This document shows, piece by piece, positions 1-5,233 of a DNA stretch of 13,448 nucleotides. The notes beneath the pieces were generated by a model. The model worked only from the letters and a program-made list of their open reading frames with translations, made no database searches and was not told the DNA's origin. This DNA comes from Candidatus Aenigmatarchaeota archaeon (lineage in GTDB: Archaea; Aenigmatarchaeota; Aenigmatarchaeia; GW2011-AR5; JAGGXF01). Every line of letters starts with the position of its first letter. Within the stretch, counting starts at the first letter, position 1. Made by a program: the position numbers and the translations under genes. Location of the stretch: NCBI GenBank assembly GCA_029932645.1, contig JAOZPR010000020.1:1-13448 (forward strand). The letters are read 5' to 3'.

Positions 1-318
1 GACGAACATCGTAATAAAGGAACCTCAGAAGGTATAATCAATAATTATTATGTGAATATTACAAGCCGCTGGGATCAAAAGCGGCTGGAAGCTAAACTAA
101 TTCCTACAATGAAAATTGGTGTTGAAGAGAAAAAAATACCTCTCAATAATATACCGAAAAACGCCATACTTAAAGACCCTGGGATTTACCAATCAGGATT
201 TAATGAACTTATTAAAGGATTCTATGTATCAGAATTGGTGTTTGGCAATTTCGAGAGAGAGAGCTATCCGGTTTTCAACAAGCATGGTCAGGCGACAAAT
301 CTAAATAATAAACGCTAG
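1..318 (+). CDS. 3' part of a hypothetical protein (5' end outside window)
   Basis: Frame of the listed 52..318 ORF is open from base 1 (DEHRNKGTSEGIINNYYVNITSRWDQ...) to TAG at 316-318. No recognisable motif; visibly AT-rich. Confidence 0.6.
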   Translation, partial: DEHRNKGTSEGIINNYYVNITSRWDQKRLEAKLIPTMKIGVEEKKIPLNNIPKNAILKDPGIYQSGFNELIKGFYVSELVFGNFERESYPVFNKHGQATNLNNKR

Positions 319-346
319 TTTTAAATTAATAATGCGCCGATCGGGA

Positions 347-437
347 TTTTCATAACCTTTTCCTTTTATAGCCGAAAGGCCTGAGTTTTCTTTTAGGTGA
401 ACTTAAGCCTTTTCTTTTTCCAAAAGAAAAGGGTTAG
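347..437 (-). other. tRNA intron 3 (91 nt, T-loop, position 59/60)
   Basis: Strict BHB: T stem, central helix TTCA/TGAA (4/4), bulges AA|C and AA|T, intron helix TAACC/GGTTA. Confidence 0.9.
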
Positions 438-458
438 TTTGAACCCGAGTCATTAGCT

Positions 459-497
459 TTCCTCTTTGTTGTTCGCAGCCTTTTCTAAAGGCTGGGT
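459..497 (-). other. tRNA intron 2 (39 nt, canonical position 37/38)
   Basis: Central helix CTTC(32-35)/GAGG, 3' bulge AA|A, 5' site CA|A in an open loop (BHL-type). Internal hairpin CAGCCTTT-AGA-AAAGGCTG. Confidence 0.9.
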
Positions 498-521
498 TGG
501 AAGGCTAAGGTCCTAGCCAGA

Positions 522-579
522 TTTTCCAAACCTTTCTACAAGTTCTTTCCACGAAAGCTTTCTTTTCAAGAAAGGTTTC
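522..579 (-). other. tRNA intron 1 (58 nt, D-loop, position 15/16)
   Basis: Bulge AG|G, intron helix AAACCTTTCT/AGAAAGGTTT (10/10), central helix GTCT/GGAA (3/4), bulge AA|T. Relaxed BHB motif; junction could shift by about 1 nt. Confidence 0.8.
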
Positions 580-631
580 CTAGACTATCGGCGCATAATG
601 TTATATGCTATGAAGTTTATTCGGGGCACAG

Positions 632-648
632 ATTTAAATGTTTTTTCT
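632..648 (-). promoter_or_regulatory. Putative BRE/TATA promoter of tRNA-Gly
   Basis: Minus strand AGAAAAAAC-ATTTAAAT about 40 nt upstream of tRNA nucleotide 1. Confidence 0.5.
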
Positions 649-662
649 GCAGACTAACATAC

Positions 663-670
663 TTTTTAAA
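663..670 (+). promoter_or_regulatory. Putative TATA box of the Na/Pi cotransporter (likely leaderless mRNA)
   Basis: TTTTTAAA begins 29 nt before ATG 692; no Shine-Dalgarno motif. Confidence 0.5.
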
Positions 671-691
671 TTAACGGATTAAATAAATCAT

Positions 692-2314
692 ATGGATACA
701 CTGGCAATTCTATTCGGTGTCTTTGGTGGTCTGGCGCTGTTTCTTTACGGCATACAGCAGATGAGCAGCGGCATGCAGAAGATAGCAGGAGACCGGACTA
801 AGAAGATTCTTGAGACAGTTACAAAAAATCACATTCGTGGCATTTTTGCCGGTACTGCGCTGACAGCTGTTATCCAAAGCAGCAGCATAACAACCGTGCT
901 TCTTGTTGGGCTTGTTGATGCCGGTCTGATGAACCTTACACAGGCTGTCGGTGTAATAATGGGTGCCAATATAGGCACAACAGTGACAGCACAGCTTGTT
1001 GCGTTCAATGTTGGTTTATACGCCTTGCCAATAGTTGCACTGGGCTTTGCCCTGTCATTTTTCGGCCGAACGACCAAGCAAAAGTATGCTGGACAGATGT
1101 TGATTGGATTGGGTATTCTTTTCATAGGTATGAATTTCATGAGGCAAGGCGTGCGACCGTTACAAGGCAATGAATACTTTATAAATATGCTAGTTAATTT
1201 TGGCACGGTACCGCTTTTAGGTATATTGGCAGGAGCTGCGTTCACAGGTATTATTCAGAGCAGTAGTGCGACTACGGCGCTGGTTATTGCCCTTGGTTCT
1301 GAAGGTATTATTGGTCTTGGCGCAGCCATAGCCATAATCCTTGGCGCGAATATAGGCACGTGTGTGACAGCCCTTCTGGCATCCTTTAGGACCTCGCTTA
1401 CGGCAAAGAGAACAGCACTTGCTCATATCTTGTTCAATATTTTTGGCGTTCTCATATTTTTTCCGTTTCTCCCGTGGTTTACCAACATTGTCTCTTTCAC
1501 GTCTGCTGATTTGGCAAGGCAGATTGCCAATGCACACACACTTTTCAATGTGGTCAATACCATAATATTCATACCATTGATCGGTGCTCTGATAGCGGTC
1601 GTTACAAAACTCTTGCCTGGCAAGGCCCATAGGATAGAAAGAGGGACAAAATACATAGACGACCACCTTCTCAGCATGCCTTCTTTGGCTCTTGAGCAGG
1701 TAACGAGAGAGGCCATAAGAATGGCCAAGCTTACGCAAGTCATGCTTGCGGACAGCAGAAAGACCTTTATGAGAAATAACAAAGCTGTTGTAAAAACACT
1801 CATAGCAAGTGTTAACAAGAGAGAAGAAGCTGTCAATGATATAGACAAAAAGCTTGATGCATATCTTCTGCGGTTGTCTGAGAGAAACCTTTCAGAGGAA
1901 GAATCAAAAGTCTTGGCAGGCCTGGCGCACATTGTCACCAATATAGAAAGGGTCGGCGACCATGCACAAAATATAACAGAGCTTGCTGAATATAAGTTAA
2001 AAAACAAGCTCGTGTTTTCAAGCCAGGCAAAAAAGGACCTGAGCAAGATGTTCAAGCGGGTTGAGGAGATGTATAACAAAGCAATCTTGGCTTTCAGAAA
2101 GAAGGACTCAAAACTTGCTGAAGATGTCTTGGAGATGGATGAAGAAGTGGATTACATGGAGAAGAAGTTCCAGGAAGAACATATCAATAGGCTCAGGAAA
2201 GGTGTCTGCAACCCAGCATCTGGAATAGTTTTTGTTGATTTGCTAAGAAACCTGGAGCGCATAGGAGACCACGCCGACAATATCGCTGATACGGTCTTCG
2301 ATACCTATCACTAA
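692..2314 (+). CDS. Na+/phosphate cotransporter (PNaS, NptA/YjbB-like) with C-terminal PhoU-like domain
   Basis: GGLALFLYG start; duplicated IQSSS and GANIGT motifs; IANAHTLFN; PhoU repeats ERVGDHAQNI and ERIGDHADNI. Confidence 0.93.
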   Translation: MDTLAILFGVFGGLALFLYGIQQMSSGMQKIAGDRTKKILETVTKNHIRGIFAGTALTAVIQSSSITTVLLVGLVDAGLMNLTQAVGVIMGANIGTTVTAQLVAFNVGLYALPIVALGFALSFFGRTTKQKYAGQMLIGLGILFIGMNFMRQGVRPLQGNEYFINMLVNFGTVPLLGILAGAAFTGIIQSSSATTALVIALGSEGIIGLGAAIAIILGANIGTCVTALLASFRTSLTAKRTALAHILFNIFGVLIFFPFLPWFTNIVSFTSADLARQIANAHTLFNVVNTIIFIPLIGALIAVVTKLLPGKAHRIERGTKYIDDHLLSMPSLALEQVTREAIRMAKLTQVMLADSRKTFMRNNKAVVKTLIASVNKREEAVNDIDKKLDAYLLRLSERNLSEEESKVLAGLAHIVTNIERVGDHAQNITELAEYKLKNKLVFSSQAKKDLSKMFKRVEEMYNKAILAFRKKDSKLAEDVLEMDEEVDYMEKKFQEEHINRLRKGVCNPASGIVFVDLLRNLERIGDHADNIADTVFDTYH

Positions 2315-2315
2315 G

Positions 2316-2358
2316 ATGATTTATCACTGATTTAAATAATTTAATGATTTATCTGATT
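2316..2358 (+). promoter_or_regulatory. TATA box (2331-2338) flanked by two ATGATTTATC repeats
   Basis: ATGATTTATC at 2316-2325 and 2344-2353, each followed shortly by TGATT, with TTTAAATA between them. Confidence 0.4.
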
Positions 2359-2396
2359 AACAGAATAATTGAGTGATTAATTGAGGGGGTGTGGAG

Positions 2397-3146
2397 ATGT
2401 TTTATGAGTTTATTCTGTTGGTGTTTGTTTTTAGCTTTTTCTCGTCATTCATAAAAATCGTCAAGCAATACGAACTCGGCGTAAAGTTCACGCTTGGGCG
2501 TTTTTCTGGCATAATGCAACCGGGTTTGAATATACTTATTCCTGTAATACAGTCCTGGCGAAGGGTGGATATGCGTGTGAAGGCTGTTGACGTGCCTGAC
2601 CAGGAGGCTATAACAAAGGACAATGTTTCTGTGAACGTGAACGCTGTACTATATTATAAGGTGGCAGACGCCGAGAATGCTATAATAAAGGTCGAACACT
2701 ATGGCTACGCTGTGTCGCAGCTCGCACAGACAACCATGAGAGACGTCGTAGGTGAGGTCACACTGGATGAGCTTTTGAGCAAGAGGGACGAGGTAAGCAA
2801 CAGGATACAGGAAAAGGTTGACAAGGCTACAGACCCTTGGGGCATCAAAGTCGAGTCAGTCGACTTAAAACATATAGAATTGCCGGAAGAGATGAAGAGG
2901 ACCATGGCAAAGCAGGCAGAAGCAGAAAGAGAACGGAGAGCAGTGATAATCAAAGCAGAGGGAGAAGTTATCGCTTCTCAAAACCTCGCAAAGGCCGCCA
3001 GCACGCTTAGCAAGACACAGGGCGCATTGCACTTGAGGACGCTGCACAGCCTAAACGACCTTTCTTCGGACCAGAGCAACACGGTAGTATTTGCAGTGCC
3101 GCTGGAAGTCCTCCGCGCGTTCGAGAGGATCAGTAAGAAAGGCTGA
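2397..3146 (+). CDS. SPFH/band-7 (stomatin-like, slipin) membrane protein
   Basis: N-terminal hydrophobic segment, YELGVKFTLGRF, VPDQEAITKDNVSV, QLAQTTMRDVVG, AEAERERRAVIIKAEGE, ALHLRTL. GAGGGGGTG SD favours ATG 2397; GTG 2391 is possible. Confidence 0.93.
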   Translation: MFYEFILLVFVFSFFSSFIKIVKQYELGVKFTLGRFSGIMQPGLNILIPVIQSWRRVDMRVKAVDVPDQEAITKDNVSVNVNAVLYYKVADAENAIIKVEHYGYAVSQLAQTTMRDVVGEVTLDELLSKRDEVSNRIQEKVDKATDPWGIKVESVDLKHIELPEEMKRTMAKQAEAERERRAVIIKAEGEVIASQNLAKAASTLSKTQGALHLRTLHSLNDLSSDQSNTVVFAVPLEVLRAFERISKKG

Positions 3147-3150
3147 TGCC

Positions 3151-3166
3151 TTTCTTTTCTTTCTTT
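3151..3166 (+). terminator. Oligo-T archaeal terminator after the SPFH gene
   Basis: TTTCTTTTCTTTCTTT directly after the stop codon. Confidence 0.5.
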
Positions 3167-3263
3167 ATTATATTCATGATATATTTATACTTTCTCTTTG
3201 GCGGGTTCTTCAGATGTACTGACAAGCTAGTGATAACCAGTCAAGAGCGAGAGTGACATCATT

Positions 3264-3287
3264 CTTAAATATCTATCGGCGTCGATA
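3264..3287 (+). promoter_or_regulatory. TATA box plus palindromic operator upstream of padR
   Basis: CTTAAATA (3264-3271) followed by TATCGGCGTCGATA (3274-3287), a 14-bp palindrome with 6 of 7 pairs matching. Confidence 0.6.
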
Positions 3288-3319
3288 TAAAAATAAGATG
3301 CAAGATGGGTGTGGTTGTA

Positions 3320-3649
3320 ATGTTGTTTACCAAGACAGTTGCGCAGGGCTTTCTGGTCATGTTTGTTATACTTAGTCTCGCTCAAGGCCCGAGCTATGGC
3401 AATGCCATAATAAAAAACATTTATGAGTTGACTGGCTTCTGGAAGCCCTCGCCCGGCTCTATGTATCCTGCTTTGCAAAAGCTGAGGAAGCAAAAACTCA
3501 TAGAAATAAAGCGTAAGGAGAAGAAGATTTACTATCAGTTGACAAAGGAAGGCGAAAAATTTCTCAAGAAGATAGACGAATCAAAACCAGAGTTGATTAA
3601 AAATCTTGAGGCACTGCTTAGCAGTCTTAAAATGGTAAAAAGCAAATGA
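3320..3649 (+). CDS. PadR-family winged-helix transcriptional regulator
   Basis: ILSLAQGPSYGNAII...WKPSPGSMYPALQKL...KIYYQLTKEG signature. GGGTGTGG SD before ATG 3320; ATG 3305 is an alternative start. Confidence 0.9.
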   Translation: MLFTKTVAQGFLVMFVILSLAQGPSYGNAIIKNIYELTGFWKPSPGSMYPALQKLRKQKLIEIKRKEKKIYYQLTKEGEKFLKKIDESKPELIKNLEALLSSLKMVKSK

Positions 3650-3692
3650 TAAAAAATGATAGAAATAAGTGAGAACTAATGGGGATGGTTTG

Positions 3693-5168
3693 ATGAAGCT
3701 ACTGAAAAAAACAAAGTCTTTGTGTCCTGTTTGCCTGAAAGTAATAGATGCAGGCGTTTATGAAGACGGAGAAAAGGTAATCATAAAAAAAGAATGCCCG
3801 GAGCATGGTGATTTTGAGGATATTTATTGGTCTGATTCTAGGTTGTATAAAAGATTTTCTGAATATCAAATACCTGGCGACCCTGTGGAAAACCCGAACA
3901 CAGAACGGAGCAGGGGGTGCCCATTTGACTGCGGTTTATGCAACGAGCATAAGACACATACAATGCTGGGTCTGATAGACCTGACAAACAGATGCAACTG
4001 GCACTGTCCAATATGCTTTGCAAATGCCGAGGCAGCAGGTTACGTGTATGAGCCGACAATTGAACAGATACGCGTGATGATGAAGCTCTTCCGGGAAGAA
4101 GAGCCTGTGCCTACAGAGAGCCTGATGTTTGCTGGTGGTGAGCCGACTGTCCGCAGCGATATACTGGAGATAACAAAAATGGCCAAGGATATGGGATTTC
4201 GTTGGCTTTTGTTGGCAACCAATGGTCAGCGCATTGCAGACGAGCCAGAGTTTGCCAAGCAGCTTAAGCAGGCAGGTCTGAATATCATTTATTTGCAGTT
4301 TGACGGGGTTACACCAGAAGTATATGAAAAGTCACGCGGCTTCAATGCCTGGCCAGTGAAACAGAAGGCCATAAAAAACATCAGGAAGGCCGATATAGCA
4401 ACAACGCTTGTTCCTACTCTTGTCAAAGGGTTGAATGATGACCAGGTCGGTGATATTATAAGATATGGAGTAGAGAACATAGAAATTGTTAAGTCGGTTA
4501 ACTTTCAGCCAGTCTCATTCGCTGGGAGGATTAGCAAGGAAGACCTGAAAAAGAAGAGATACACGATACCTGATTTAATTAGAGACACTGAAAAGCAGCT
4601 GGATGGGCAGATAAAGAGGGAAGACTGGATGCCAATACCAGCGATAGCACCTCTTGAGAGGCTCACAGAGAAAATGTTTGATAAGCGCATAATGAAATCC
4701 TCGACCCATGTCCACTGCGGTGCTGGTCTATACGCTTTCGAGGACAAGGGCGAACTCATACCAATGAGCCACTTCATAGACTTGGACGGTGTTCGAAAAA
4801 TTTTCAACGAGGAGATGAGAAAGCCACAGGACTTACATTCGACAACAACAAAACTAAAGATTTTGGCAAGGCTTATAAAAACTGTAGATACTGCCAACGC
4901 GCCATCATACTTTAGCTGGAAGGAAATGTTCAAGGCTTATCTAACCAGCAAAGAAGGTTATAAGGCGCCCAAGAATGTAGTAAGGAAGGCAATCTTCATC
5001 GGTTCGATGCATTTCATGGACCCTTATAATTTTGACACGCAACGCGTTGAGCGTTGTTGCATTCATTATGCAACGCCAGACGGCAGGATAATACCGTTTT
5101 GTGCCTACAACTCAATACACAGACCGAGCGTGGAAAAGAAGTTTGCAAAAGCAATCTCAAACCGGTGA
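3693..5168 (+). CDS. tes: Tetraether lipid synthase (Tes / GDGT-MAS, MJ0619-like radical SAM enzyme)
   Basis: N-terminal TKSLCPVC...KECPEHG metal site; GCPFDCGLCNEH auxiliary cluster motif; radical SAM CNWHCPIC plus GGEPT; NFQPVSFAGR; HVHCG; C-terminal MHFMDPYNFD..RCCIHYATPDGRIIPFCAYN. ATG 3693 preferred over GTG 3669. Confidence 0.88.
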   Translation: MKLLKKTKSLCPVCLKVIDAGVYEDGEKVIIKKECPEHGDFEDIYWSDSRLYKRFSEYQIPGDPVENPNTERSRGCPFDCGLCNEHKTHTMLGLIDLTNRCNWHCPICFANAEAAGYVYEPTIEQIRVMMKLFREEEPVPTESLMFAGGEPTVRSDILEITKMAKDMGFRWLLLATNGQRIADEPEFAKQLKQAGLNIIYLQFDGVTPEVYEKSRGFNAWPVKQKAIKNIRKADIATTLVPTLVKGLNDDQVGDIIRYGVENIEIVKSVNFQPVSFAGRISKEDLKKKRYTIPDLIRDTEKQLDGQIKREDWMPIPAIAPLERLTEKMFDKRIMKSSTHVHCGAGLYAFEDKGELIPMSHFIDLDGVRKIFNEEMRKPQDLHSTTTKLKILARLIKTVDTANAPSYFSWKEMFKAYLTSKEGYKAPKNVVRKAIFIGSMHFMDPYNFDTQRVERCCIHYATPDGRIIPFCAYNSIHRPSVEKKFAKAISNR

Positions 5169-5200
5169 AATAGCCAAGGGACGAAATAGTCAGAAATAAG

Positions 5201-5217
5201 GAAAAGGCATTTTATAA
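5201..5217 (+). promoter_or_regulatory. Possible BRE/TATA for the flavoprotein gene
   Basis: GAAAAGGCA-TTTTATAA. The TATA starts 24 nt before ATG 5234, somewhat shorter than typical spacing. Confidence 0.35.
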
Positions 5218-5233
5218 GGAAAAGGGTTCTTAT

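Larger units (their letters stand above)
333..594 (-). tRNA. tRNA-Gly(TCC) with three introns; exons 594-580, 521-498, 458-438, 346-333
   Basis: Joined exons give GCGCCGATAGTCTAGTCTGGCTAGGACCTTAGCCTTCCAAGCTAATGACTCGGGTTCAAATCCCGATCGGCGCA (74 nt). Acceptor stem GCGCCGA/TCGGCGC is 7/7, D stem GTCT/GGAC, anticodon stem TTAGC/GCTAA with loop CTTCCAA, T stem TCGGG/CCCGA with loop TTCAAAT, discriminator A. CCA is not encoded. Confidence 0.95.

Noticed and set aside
116..304. 62-aa plus-strand ORF
   Set aside because: Nested in another frame within the longer ORF open from base 1.
347..579. Palindromic repeats read as a CRISPR array, terminators, or intron-encoded C/D guide RNA
   Set aside because: Repeats are not identical or regularly spaced and lie exactly between tRNA exons; no RUGAUGA/CUGA boxes on the transcribed strand.
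829..2079. Minus-strand ORFs inside the Na/Pi cotransporter, and similar ones inside SPFH, tes, eif6, pfdA and srp54
   Set aside because: Fully overlap confidently identified genes on the opposite strand.
3273..3281. CTATCGGCG identical to 585-593 in the tRNA, considered as an att-site duplication
   Set aside because: Only 9 bp, matches the tRNA 5' end rather than the 3' end, no integrase nearby, and better explained as part of the operator palindrome.
3693..5168. MoaA-like or methanopterin methyltransferase annotation for the radical SAM gene
   Set aside because: Legacy label for the MJ0619 family; the extra N- and C-terminal metal motifs match Tes.
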